This document shows, one piece after another, positions 48,044 through 60,604 of a stretch of 64,000 nucleotides of DNA (positions are counted from its first letter, which is position 1; each line of letters begins with the position of its first letter). The stretch spans positions 1-64,000 of the forward strand of contig JAVKOQ020000104.1 of NCBI GenBank assembly GCA_031835245.2, written 5' to 3'. Below the pieces are notes generated by a model. The model saw only the letters and a program-made list of their open reading frames with translations. It was not told the origin of the DNA and made no database searches. The stretch comes from Balamuthia mandrillaris (Eukaryota). Position numbers and translations under genes: made by a program.

Positions 48044-49810
48044 CTATGGTCTATAGATGGCAACAACTCTGAGGATGGGTTCGCGACAAATGGGGCACTC
48101 TTTGTTTTGCAGTTGCTTGGCGCAGCTCTTGCAGCAAGCCAGATGGCCACACTCCAGGAAAACCGTGTCGATGGTATTATCCATACATACTGTACATAGG
48201 TCCGACTCTTGTTCCGCTGGAGATGACGGTAGAGCAAGGTGCTTTTTCTGTCGTGCCACTGCTGGCGAGCTTGAACCTGGTGAAGACTGAAGAGTATTGA
48301 TCGCAAAGGTTAGTGTTACGAACAACAGGAGGTTCGAAAGAAGTGACGAGAGAGAGAGAGAGAGAGAGAGTGTGTGTGTGTGTATGTGATAAGTCTCAGA
48401 GTAACTATAACTGTGAAACAAAATCATGAGGTTTGTACAAGGTCTACTGCCTCGAAAACCGAGGCAAGTAGGGGGAGTACGTCATGAGCCCATTACAGGA
48501 CAACTTTTGTGATCACGTCATCGACAAATATGCAAAGCACACACGAAATTGACATACACAATGAACAAGAACAAGAAGAATAAGGAAGAGACAGAGAAAG
48601 AAGAAAATGCGCCTGAGTACCGTTTGAACAGCCTTTTTGGAACCGTTCTGTTGTGCACTCCAGCAAGTCCCCAGTGGAATCTTTAGTTTGTTGGTGTGGG
48701 CAGCAGCAAACTGCATGAGAGAAGAGTAGGTCTCGGGTGGGTTCTTTAGAGTAAGACCAACGGGTTGAACGCTATAGAGTAGGCAATGCTTCGTGTTGCC
48801 CTTTCCGTCTACAAATGTGACGGCAAAAGAGCCTTGGTGTGTCTTGCTGAAACGTATCAGATAAGTGCCTGCTGGTTTCCCTTCCAACAAATGGTTGGCT
48901 TCTATAGCCGGTATGTTTCCTCCTAACAACCTGTTTGTAAGTGGTTGAGAGCATCAGGAATGGCGTTACGCATGGAGGAGACAACGAGAGAAGAGAATAA
49001 GAACTAGATAACGTGCCCTTGACGCAATGGTTGGATGAGGCGTTTGACGCAACCTTTGAATGGACCGAACCAACAAAGGAATATATTGAGCTCAAAAGGG
49101 CTGACGAAACCATCGTGTGTAAAGTCTGGAGGAGAAAAAGCAAAGAGAGGGTCAATTGTCGCTAAGCAAACTGGGAGAGAGTTGGAGGAAAAAAAAAACA
49201 CACCCAAAAAATGCCGAAGCTCTGCTTCGCTGTCTTGAAATGAAGAGTCAAGCTTTGACTCCAAGGCGTGTAGAAACGTAGCCCACGGCACCATCAAGTA
49301 CTATGTTTTATCGCACAGCACAGCACAGTAAGAAAAGAACACGAGCAAAGAGAAAGTTCGACGAGAAACCTTTTCACCAAAGGCCTGCTTCCAAAAGTGC
49401 TTGGCTTTTGGGTCTTTGATGATCTCAGCGCCAAGGGGAGGCCCTTCCTGAGGAAACAGAGTAGAGAACTGGGCGACCTTTTGCGTGATCTCAAAGTCCA
49501 GCTTGAAGAGGGCTATCTTTGTACGGAACCAATCCTCTTCGCTCTGCTTGCGTAGCGAACCGCCAACTTGTTCGAGAAGCTTGCGCACCTCTTCCACAGA
49601 GTCGCGTATGCCTTGCACACACACATCGAAAGCAGCCTCGTGGACGTGAGCCTGAAGAAAAGGCACCAACGTGGACCGCACGGAGAGCACCGTAAGTCGC
49701 AGTTCCACGAGATTGTCCTCCTCCGAAGCTAAGCTCTGCTCCAGGGTCTCCAAGATCTGAGCCACTTCGCTGGCCGTTTGCAAGCATGGCCATATGAAGT
49801 TTTCGTTCAT
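48044..49810 (-). CDS. Cbl-like E3 ligase (helical bundle, EF-hand, SH2, RING)
   Basis: FWKQAFGEK..MVPW..F and DFTHDGFVSPFELNIF resemble the Cbl TKB region. SH2 GTYLIRFS. C3HC4 RING CTVC...CGH..CC..C...CPICR. Confidence 0.88.
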
Positions 49811-50346
49811 CTTTTTTTTTTGTATTTTCTTTTCACTTTTTTCTTGTAGCTTCGGAAGAAGGAAGGCTTGCCGCTGCACCACCACCTACTCTTCCCCTCA
49901 CCTCTTTCACAGCTTTAAGGACGGCTTGTTGTTCTCCTTGTTGTTGTTGCGCTCGCCACACTTTCGCTCTTTCTGCAGCCCAAACTTGTTTGTTCGCTGA
50001 TCTTTTTTGTTTCGTGGCGCTGCGAGCAGCGGTGGTGGCTGTTTTTGCTGCCTACTTTGTCCAGTTTTGCGTGTCCCAGATTTACCCTCCGCTGCGCACT
50101 CAAACACCCTAAATCAACAGGAGAATTGAATAGGGAGAGGGAGAGGGGGAGGGGGAGAGAAGTGTATGAAGAAGAATGAAAAGGGTATGAGCATATGCTA
50201 TAAAAACAAAGTGTGAACACGAAACAATTGGAGCAAAAGAGAGTGAGATACACTTGTGTTGCTTTGGCTTTCACAAAACATTACAGCCAGAAAGAAGGAG
50301 ACTGTAGTCCCTCCGTTCCGATGATCCGGAAGGGTGAGCGGGGCCT

Positions 50347-53300
50347 TTATAAGAAGTAGAGCTTATTGGCCAAATTTGGATGAGGTGACTTGTGAATGGA
50401 TTGACCGACGAGGAATGCTATCTTGTGGGCATACTGGCAAGGGCTCGGTACGCTGACAGTCCCCGGCCAGTTATAGTAGAGGAAACACATCTTGTAGGTC
50501 AACGATTGCATCTGGTCGGGGTTTAAGTCGGTGGTGTCATAGACGACGTGGTAGTGGGTGGGTGATACCGTGCCCTGCCGAACTGACTGACTGACCAGGA
50601 AGAAGTCGTACCAATCAGAGACGCAGCCGCTGTCCACCAAGGTGCCAGGCAGAGGATTTTTGACACTATTTCCAACTATGAGAAAAGGAAAAGCAAGATT
50701 AGAATGAAACTATGGACAAAGAAAAAAGAGGCGACCGACCTTTCTGGAATAATCTGGTGCGGATGCGCTTTTTGACTACAACCACAGCCATCTTTGGGGC
50801 ATAGCCTCCACCAACCTCTTCAAAGGTCTCATTCAATTGGGGAACTTCCTTCTCAACCTTTGATAGAAGATATTTGCTCTGTCAGTTGTGCAAACATACA
50901 AAGCAAAGGACAAAAAGAAAGATCCAATATTTTAAAAAAAATGAAATCGTACCACAGCATTAAGTTGACCATCGCCCACACCATCACGGAAGACAATGAT
51001 GCGGTGAGGAAGGGTTTTGTTGGCTGTATAGAAAGCCTTCAAGGCGTCTTTGAAAAGTGGCTTTAAGCCAGGGATAATCTCTTGACCCTTGGCTTGGAAT
51101 GTAACACGCGAGTAGAACTTAGTAAACGATGGATTGGTGCTAGCACAAAACCCAGCAACGGACTTGCGGCCATTCCTCGAAGTGTCGTGACATACATCGA
51201 TACCAATCACCATTGTAGCTTGGACAGGGATCTGTGGTAAGATTTTACCAAAATTAACAGCCATTATTGGCATTTAACTGTAGATAAAACCTACCTTGAC
51301 ATGCCAAAGTTGGCCTCCAAGCTTACAGTTAACTTGTAACATTATCTTATTACATACGCTCATAACTGTCTGCTTTTTTTCGAGTGTCCTATGAAGTGTG
51401 TTAATAGGATGGTTGTGGTGAGAAGAGTGTAGCTGCAGCATAGTATAAAAAGGTCATACTTGGCGATAACGCATTGTGATGGGATAGGTTTTTCTAAGCA
51501 GAGGATCTGCTTGATGGCATCGTAGCGATCTTTCTTCGAGTTGCTCAAGATGCATATGACACACTGAATAGCTGGCGTGAGTTTTTGTTTTAAGGCATCC
51601 GTATAGCTGTGGGTTCTATCATCATTGAGAACAATCACTTGAGGCCGTTCCACTCGCATGCCCACTTGCTTGGCGACCTAAATAAAGTTATGCTTCAACA
51701 ACCTGCCAAGAGAGAGAGATCAGGAAATGAAAGCGCCGCATACCTGTTGGAACGTTGGTATGAACTCATCCGCAGTGCGTTGATTCCTCGCCGGGACGAC
51801 CAGAATCCATTGCATCAGAGGAATGGGCTCAATCAACCTCGAAGCTTTGATCATGTTTGACCAATCAGCTGCAATGGAAGCAAGAAAAAAGTAAGCATGA
51901 TGTATTGGAAAAAATAAGTCTGGCATACCTGACTCTGCGCTTGCCTTTTGCTGCTTGTCGGCGAAGATGATTGTCTCGGGAGGCAGTACTCTAGCCTGAA
52001 TATTTAACATGTTAGGCTCAAGAGTAATTCCCCATTGCTTGAACTCCTACAGCGCACACAAGGGTTAGATTGATAAATGTGAAATTCGAACAAACGAAAA
52101 CTGTGAGTAGTTGGCATACGGCCTGAGTGGGTTGATTGGCGTTGACGGCCTTAACAAAGTCGCTTACTTTGGTCATGCGAGTGTCAGGGAAAACCCTTGT
52201 GTGGGTGGCAATATCGCGCATTACCCTAAAGTCTGCTCGCATTTGATCGGAACTAGGTTACAACGTTCGTCAAACGCTGTTAGTCGCGGCGTTATAAGAA
52301 AAAAAAAACGATTCATTACTTACATTCCAGTCATAGAGCAAAGTTCTGGAATTAAATAAATGATATCATCTTCTTGGCCTCGTCTACTTCTCCTGTGGAT
52401 AAGCAACGGTTGTTGCAAGTCTCGAATTGACTTGTTATAATTGACAGCATAATACTTCTGGTAGGACATGTCTTCCCCAGTTCTCTTAGTAAACGTGCTT
52501 GTGGGGGTTTGGCTCCAATCAACGCCGTCAATGCGATAAGTGCAGTTGTTATATCTAGTTGTGCGTGGAAAAATGACGGTGTTAGTTCGAAAGAAAGGAA
52601 GGAACCAAGCAAGGAATTACCTCGTAAGAACAATTTTTCCAACCAACTGCTCATCGGCAATTTCTTTGAACTTACCGCCACGGTCAACCAGGTCATACAA
52701 ATAGTCCAACACCGTATCTGCATGATCACGAGATTAAGTTTGTGATAACAATGTAGGGTGGAATTGTGGTTTTTGTTTGCAAATATAACCTGTGCGCAGA
52801 ATTTTATGGGTTACGTCCACCACAAGGGTCATGCCCGCATCTGCTGGATTGATTGAGGTAAAGTAGCCAGGCCACAACTCGACCTTATGTTGGGGAACGC
52901 TAACAGAACGTGTGGGGTCAAAGTGCTGTCTGCCAATTCTCTTCAGGTCTAACGCACGTAGCGCCTGTTGTTTTCAAGAAACGGAGAAAAAAAAATTATA
53001 AAATTTGTTTCGTACTGCCAGCCTGACGGGTACAAACCTTCTGGAAGAGAATGTTATAGAATTGTAAGGCGACCTGATTCGTGCCTGCCTGGAGTGTATT
53101 GGTGAAAGTGATCTTTGTATTGACAACACAACCGTTTCGCAGTTCATCGTCCCAGTCCATATCCGGCACCTTCTTTTGCAGGAACATAACTGCTCCATCA
53201 AACGCAAAGTTGCCGATCTTATCCTTGGCGTTTTGAATTAGTTGGGTCCTGGCCCTCTTGCTTTGGATATCGGGCTGTTCCAGGTATGGCGGTGCTACAT

Positions 53301-54139
53301 CGTAAGTGTTTGACAGCAACAAGAAAAGAGTAACAACAAAGGTGGAAGCTTACATCGAACTCGACAGCGTATTGGTAAATCTCCCCAGCCACAAGGCGGA
53401 AGACAAAGTGGTTGCAAGCGAGCTGTATACTGCTGCCCAAGCGCTGGTTGGGGGCTGGTGGGCGAGGTGCCAAATTGGTGACTGCGCTGTCAGGCACTGA
53501 GAATGAAAGAAAAAATGCCACCATTAGAAGAAAAAAAGTAGCAAAGATAAAAAACGTAGTACCATGGGCGGATGGTCCCTCTTGCCTTGGCTCTGTGGTG
53601 GTTGAAGTGCTGGGGGGCACCTCTTCCTCTTCCTCTCCGCCAGTAGTTACGGACAAAGCTTGCTGCACCGGAGCGGGAGCTGGTGCCGGAGGAGCCCTCG
53701 GCTGACCCCAGGCAGAACCCAGTGGTGGTGTTTGTTGTTGTTGTTGAGGTGGTGCGACCTGTTGGGATGCTTCTTCGCTTGGGGCAGGAGCTTGACCGTG
53801 ATAGTCTCGGCCTCCTCTAGTGCCTCCTCTTCCTCCACGTTCTCCTCCTCTAGTGCCTCCCCTTCCTCCACGTTCTCTTCCCCTGTCTCCTCCTCTCCCC
53901 CTGCCCCCTCGGTCTCCTCCTCCTCTAGTGCCTCCTCTTCCTCCACGTTCTCCACCTCTTTCCCTGCCACCACCCCTTCCTCCACGTTCTCCCCCTCGTC
54001 CACTTCCCCTCTCACCCCCACTTCCACCGCTAGCACCAGTGCTTGGTTCTCCTCCACCGCCAGCTGCAGCAGGGGCACTGCCTTCGCCAGCGGCCCCTCC
54101 TCCTCCTCCTCCTCCTCCTCCTCGCTTTCTACGTGGCAT
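50347..54139 (-). CDS. PIWI-clade Argonaute with RG/RGG-rich N-terminus
   Basis: PAZ ([13 protein letters not shown]...LIPELC), MID (DRYDAIK..LC...PIPSQC), PIWI domain [55 protein letters not shown]-terminus. Confidence 0.96.
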
Positions 54140-54425
54140 AATGTGACTTTAGAGCTTCAGCGGTGAACAGGCAGGCTCTCTTAGTCTGTGCGTCGTCGGA
54201 AAAAAACGTAGCAAGCAGGCAGGTAGGGGAGGAGGGTTCGCCCGAGGCGGGCGTTGTGTCCTGCACAACCAAGCTCCCCCAAAAAAAGGAAAGAAGGACC
54301 CATAATGGCAGCCCTCCTCCTTCTCCTCTCCGCTCCCTTCCCCGTTTTTTCTGCCGATTTTCCGCAATTATCCCACCTGCCGGAAGCCAGCCCAACCTGC
54401 ACTCCCACCGCCCCAGCCAGCCAGC

Positions 54426-55383
54426 ATGGATCATGCCAGTTGTAGTGCAGCTTGCAACAGTGCAACCCCACCACCACTACCACCACCACAAGAAGAAGAG
54501 GGCTCCCAGTCTTTGTTGTTGTTGGAGAGGTCAAAGAGCACTTGGGACGACTTGAGCGATTGGTGGGATGGTTGGATTGGGGAGGAGGGCGATGTAAATC
54601 GAAGGACCAGCAGCGACCCTATTCTCTGGTCTTTAGCAGGTAATCTTGAGGGCCTCACCGTGCTCGACGCGGGCTGTGGTAATGGTTATTTGAGTCTTCA
54701 GCTGTTGAACCCAAAGCACGGAGTTAAAAAGGTCGAAGCCGTGGATCTCTCTCCAAAGTTGGTCAAGATCGCGCAAGAGAGGCTCAACGCTTCTGCAGCA
54801 ACTGATCGCATTTCCATACGAGAGGACTCCATCACTTCTTTATCAACGGTGGAGAGCTCTTCTATCGACATAATTCTTTCCAACTACGTTGTTCAAGACT
54901 CCCCTTGTTTGCCGTCCATCTGCGAGGCCTTCCATCGAGTACTCAAGCCGGGAGGCAGGGCCGTCCTCGTATTTCTGCACCCTTGTTTCTGTTCTAGCCA
55001 CTTAGTTTCCACTGTACCCTCTCCTTCTTCCTCTTCCGCTGCCACAACGGCAACAACGCCATACGAGCGAGTTTATAGATGGAGTAACGACCACCCTTAT
55101 CTCTGCGAAGAAACGGTCTTTGAGGTCACTTGGGCGGTTCGATATTAGCTTCTCTCTTCCTCAACAACAAAAAAAAAAAAGAACTAACACCAACGTAAAA
55201 TAACAGGGCCTTAAGAAGGATAAGAGTATAACGACCTTCCATCGGCCGCTGTCAGTGTACTTTAGAGAGTTTCAAAGGGTGGGCTTTCAAATCTTGCATC
55301 TCAAGGAGCCTCCCTTCTACAATGCTCTTTATGCTAGTGATGTCTGCTTCTCCATCATTTTTCATCTCCAAAAGCCTTCTTAG
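54426..55383 (+). CDS. Class I SAM-dependent methyltransferase (2 exons)
   Basis: VLDAGCGNG, AVDLS, HRVLKPGG, HPCF; exon 2 FHRPLSVYF...EP. Confidence 0.88.
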
Positions 55384-55593
55384 TTTGAAACAAACAATAA
55401 AAACCACTTTTAGAATGCAGAAGCGTACCTGTTGTCTTATGTTGTTGTTACTTTAACAAATCCTCAGAATGGGCGCAGAGATGTTCTACCTCCGTGTGTC
55501 ATTCGCTTGACATCAGCGAGTTTGGAATGTACGCAGTAGCATCGGAAGAGGCCCTCGTGTAACGCTTGAAGGAAGCCTAGTGGATAGGGCACA

Positions 55594-56548
55594 TCAGGAA
55601 TGTTTGTAATATTCTCCAGCAAGCATAGTATCAAGCCACAAAGGAAGAGAGGACTTTTCCCGGTGAAGTTGTAGTCCATTCTTCTCCTCTTCCAACAAAA
55701 GGCAACGGACGTTGTGCCGTTGCCACAGTTGCTCTACCCGTTGTTGGCTGTCAAGACCCAGCACAACAGCAAAAAGTGCATCCATACCTCCCGCTACAGT
55801 ATACACACGTTAGTTCCTGAAGAGGAAAACAAGAAGGAGAAAGCCAAAAAGTACCCCCAGGAACACCAGCCAAAAGTGTGCCTGTGACCTCCATGGTAGC
55901 ATCTGCCAGCTCCGTTTGCGGCGCAGGCTCTATATTGGCGGTGGATTGCTCCCCCATTTGCTTAAGGCATCGCCGAATGTGCATAAATGTGACCCTCAAC
56001 TGGGCGAGTGTGGGTCCTAATGGCCTGCATGCGCTTGTATTCCACTGGAGATATATGTAATGCATAAGGGGAACTAATCGTGACAAGAGTTGACAGTGAG
56101 GTGGCTTGATAACTTACCTGTGAAGGAGGTAGCTTGGAACAAATGTCAAGTGAGTGATAATAGATTTGCGCTTCTTCCTGGAAGTGCTGCCACAATGTCG
56201 CAAAAAGACCAAGTGCTTGTTCATTGGCTCTGTTCAACCGTTGCCAAAGATTCTCTTCTGCTTAAGACATCATGTTAATAAGGACCACGTAACTCATGAG
56301 CGAACCAAGCGACTCACCAACAGTATCTTCTCTCTCCATTTTCGCTTTCCACGCCATTACTTTGGCGACCATGCCTGGCGTGTGAGCTCCTTCGGACCTG
56401 TCGCCCAGCATAAGCAGCATCCCTGGTGGCAGGCCTAGCCTTTCATGTTTGTCATCCCAAGCCTCCGACCGAAGTAATTCCAGGAAGGCTTGTCCTGTTG
56501 CAACTATCTCCAGTTGACCGTATTTCTGGTTCTGTGTATCAGTAACGA

Positions 56549-56586
<38 letters not shown>

Positions 56587-57506
56587 CAGAAGGAGAGAGA
56601 GAGAGAGAGGGAAAGAGAAAGCGATAGAGAAAAAGTACCTGCTCAAATGAAGCAATAACAGAGGGAGAGAAGCGAGTGTAGATTTGACTACCATAAACAG
56701 CAGAACTAACATCAAAGCCGCTCCCCAGCTTGCCTTGCGCTTTGTAATGACAGTACTGCGCCAAGTTATGCAACAGTCGCAGTCCTTCTTCGCTTCCTTC
56801 TTGCTTGTGAGTTGTCTCGTCCAGCTGAATGCAGCCAAAGTGGGAGAGGAGAGCGGCCACTAAAGCCGTCACAACAGCGGCAGAGCTTCCCAGCCCAGTC
56901 TTTTGCGGGCCGACGTTCTTGTTGGAGTTTTCAGCGCTGTAGAAGGCAGGGTCCCCCGCTATGGTGATATCGAGGCCTTGCCTTAGGACCTGCTCAAGTC
57001 TAGGGCGTTGATGCTTCTCCTCCATAAGGCCAAACAGAGCGGCAAGTGTGTAGGCCAGGGTTTCTTCTACAAACTGGTTCTTTGGTCTGCATGTATTTGC
57101 AACAAAGAATGGACAAACATCAGCACAAACAAACAACCACACCACTCACACAAACACAACTTGAAGAGAAGAAGCAACGCAACTGAGAAAGTTGTGCTGC
57201 TTGCAGAGAAGGCAGCTCTCCTGGTGCACTTGGGAGGAGGAGCCCGTAGTGGTAGACGATATTAAACTGAGGTGAACGCACTGTGATCCCGCTGCCCAAA
57301 AAACCTTCTTCGGAAGAAGCTAGTGGTCGCACCAAGGCGAAGATACGGGCCGTTACCGAAAACACCAACCCACGCTTTGGTCGCTCTGTGATGAGGTAAC
57401 CACCGATTACCAACACCTTGCCAGGCGCTGACACCAGCGTTTGCTCCTGGTGGCAACCATGTTCCTTCACGTCCAGCTCGCAACACGTCCCTTCCCGCCT
57501 CTCCAT
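55594..57506 (-). CDS. ERG8: Phosphomevalonate kinase, ERG8 (GHMP) type
   Basis: SAPGKVLVIGGYL, KTGLGSSAA, AQGKLGSGFDVSSAVYGS, IEP..QT, AGVPG|AGGMDA. Confidence 0.93.
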
Positions 57507-57710
57507 TTTCCTCTGCTCTGCTTTGCTTTGCGTTTCTGTTTTTTTGGATTTTTTTTTTTTTGTTGAGCGGTACCTACACCACCACCAGTGAGGCAAAGGG
57601 CCATTATTGGAGTATCCATTCACTTTTATTGGCGCAACAGTATGTACAGGAATGATGAGGCCGCCGCCACCCCCAGAGGGCAGCTGTCCCCGTGCCAACA
57701 CACCCACCCC

Positions 57711-60280
57711 CTAATCAGCGACCTCCTGCATGCTGTCTGTCGGATCCTCTTCCAATGCCTCTATGATGCGAGCAGTGGGATCTTCTTCCTCTTCTTCCTC
57801 TTCTTCCTCTTTCTCTTTCTCTTTCTGCTTGTTTTGTTTTTCGACTTCCTCCTCTTCATTCATCTTTTCCTCTTTCTCCTCTGCTGTCCCATCTATCGCT
57901 CCTGGTTGTTCTTCCTCCTGCTCTTCCTCATTCTTTGTACTGGCACTCTTCCTGCGAGGTGTTTTTACCTTCTTACTGCTTCCACCACTGCTGGTGCTGC
58001 TGCGCCTTTGCTTGGGCTGCTCCTCTTCTTCCTCCTCGCTCTCCTTGTCCAAATCTTCAGGCTTATAAGTATTTGTCGTGGTAGCTTTCGGCGAGGTGGT
58101 ATAGTACTTGAGCGCATCCAGGAACCACTGTTGGACCAATCGATCAGTGCCGACAGAAAGCAAAGAGAAAGAGCAGGAATTAATGGCAAGTGCGCATACC
58201 TCTTCTGGTACAATGGTTAGCTTTTGATTGGAATGATGTTTGACTCGAACACGTCGTGCCATACTCGGCTCGGAAGAGATACAGTAGTCAGCTTTGGAGA
58301 CATCTTTGATGACCTTACCACCTGAAAGCATTATCAAATTGCGGAGGATCGCCACTGGAATTTTGGTCTTTCCTTGCACAGCGAACGTTGAGCCAGTAAA
58401 CAACCCTCGCTCGCCATTTACTAAAGTTTACGAAAGAAAGGTAAGAGGACGTTTGAAAAACAAGTGAGAACGAAGAAATGTACAATGGGCAGCAACGGAT
58501 TTAGTGGTGCCTGGGAACCAATCAGAGGCTTGAAACTCGTTGACAGGGAGCCATTCGCCGGCTTCGGCGCAGGCCATAATCCAATCGAACTTTACAATAA
58601 AAGCGCCTATCGGGTTGATAACAATGAGCTCCCACCAACTTCGAAACGTGTACCATAACAGGAACTTACCTGTAGCAAGTGCGCCCAGAACCTTCACTGT
58701 GCGTTTCTCATCACCGACAATGACATGGGTAATGGAGGCCCATTCTTCCTCCTTGTGGCCAAGCTCATACCAAATCACTGCCGCTTTTTTCAGTTGCCTA
58801 CTGATGTCGTCCAACTGCGTTTTCTGCTCGAAAGTCAAGTAGGAAGGCACAATGATGATCTCTGGCTCGGCCTCAGGCTGGTTTTCCTTTTGTTTTTTCC
58901 CTTTCCGTTTTCCTTTGCTCGCTACCCCATTCGCTGCCTTCTGTTTTTTCTTTGGGCTAGCCCCCTTGGCCTCTTTTTGATTATCGCGTTTTCGTTTGCC
59001 TCCGTCTTCTTTTTCTTTGCCTTTGTCCTTTAGCTCTTTTTCTTTTCCACCGCTTTTGTTCGACTCTTTTTTAGGCGCTGTTGGTTTCACTGTTGAGTTG
59101 GTTTTTTGGCTTGTTTGCGTTACCGTCTTTTTCTCCTTGCCTTTGCCGTTTGACGCTGGCGGAAGTTCAGCGTCCTCTTTCTTATGGCGCTCCTCTTCAT
59201 TCATTTTTTCCTCTTCCTCTTCCGCTTCTCCTTCTTTTTCCTCCTCTTCGATTGACTTTCGTTCCTCTTTGCCTTCAGCAGCTCCTCTCTGGGTTGTTGT
59301 TTGACCCTCGGATGGTGGCTCATCTTTCTTACTGTGATCACTCTTTGCCTTCTTTCCAACAGTTGATGCTTCTTTCTCCTCTATGTCCATATCAGAGTCA
59401 AGTTCACCACGCTGAGCCATTTCTCCCAAGTCTCCTCCGCCTTCATTTGTTTCTTCGCCATCCTCCTTTGTGCCTGCTGCCTTCTTTGAAGTGCCCTTTT
59501 TGGTCTCCTTCTTCTTTCGCGAAGATGCAGCAGTTGTACTTGCCGCGTAGCCTTCCACACTTAACACAGTATCCTCCCCTTTACATCTGCAGGTTACAAG
59601 TGGAACAGAGTCAACACCTTGAGCCACCTGAAAAGAGATGAATGTAACGTACGCGGCAACCCACTCGGGCGACACCACGGGTAACTTGTGCTCACTAGCC
59701 TTTTCCCACACAGCCTTTTTTCCTGTTATGGGGATTGGAGAACTTAGCGAGTTCCGAAAGCCCGCCGTCTCTACCTCATTACTAACCTTCCTCGAAAACA
59801 ACGTGCGTTAGGTTAGGGCTCATTCTAGCCATCACCTGGAAAGAAGGAGGATAAAGGTCAGTTCCGTATTTTTGCAGGGGATACAAAGGAGCACAAGCTA
59901 CTGCTCACCTTGCCGCCCATGGCCTCAATATCAGCCTTTAGTTTCGTTGCTTTGTCCTTGTCCTTTACATCTACTAATACTTTGACGGACTTCCACGCAC
60001 TCGCTTCCTTGGTACTGCTACTCGTTTTCTTCTTACTGCTGGCAGCTGCACTGCTTCGTTTTCCCTTGGCTTTATCTTTCGCTGCGTCTCTGCTTTCCGC
60101 CTCTTGTTTGGGCCGTCCTTGACCCTTTGGAGAGGAAGGGGGTTCTTCGATGGTGCTAGCTTTCTTGAGGCGCAGGCGGGAAGCGCCCTTGGCTTGGCCA
60201 TCTTTGTTTTTTCTTTGAAAGGTTACCGCTAGTTCCCTCTCATCATCCTCCGTAAAGGCAAAAGCATCGTCCTCGGCCAT
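57711..60280 (-). CDS. Microcephalin-like protein: N-terminal BRCT plus C-terminal tandem BRCT
   Basis: MGGKV...THVVF..G.KAVWEKA...VVSPEWV, THVIVGDEKRTVKVLGALATG...DWI...GEW, and LIMLSGGKV...WFLDAL. Confidence 0.8.
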
Positions 60281-60604
60281 GTTAAGTTCCGTGTAGCAAG
60301 TTTGCTTCGCTGTTGAAGTGTTAGTAGGTTGAGAAAAACTAAAGGCGGGAAAGGCAATGAGGCCAACCGATTTAACTTTTCGCATACCTGGAAAATTTTC
60401 AATTCTCATGTGAACCCTCGTAATTAACCCGGGTTCGAACCCCATTCAATACAATTTACTTTTTTATCATTGGTTATCCCAAAAATATTACCCTCAGCTT
60501 GCGTCCTTGGCAACGTCCTTGAAAAAGTAAGCAGGACAGAAAGAAAGAGGACAAACGACCAAACGGAAGAACTTTTTTTTTTTTCTTTTGCCGTCGCAAG
60601 CAAC

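Noticed and set aside
54426..55383. HEN1 small-RNA methyltransferase next to PIWI
   Set aside because: It lacks the HEN1 motifs (FxPP, EVIEH, TPN.E.N, HxFEW) and has NYVVQD and HPCF instead.
55464..55679. Separate 71-aa ORF
   Set aside because: It overlaps the last PMVK exon in another frame and has no motif, so it is probably 3' UTR.
60380..60455. tRNA gene around GGTTCGAACCC
   Set aside because: No acceptor stem, D-arm or anticodon arm can be folded.
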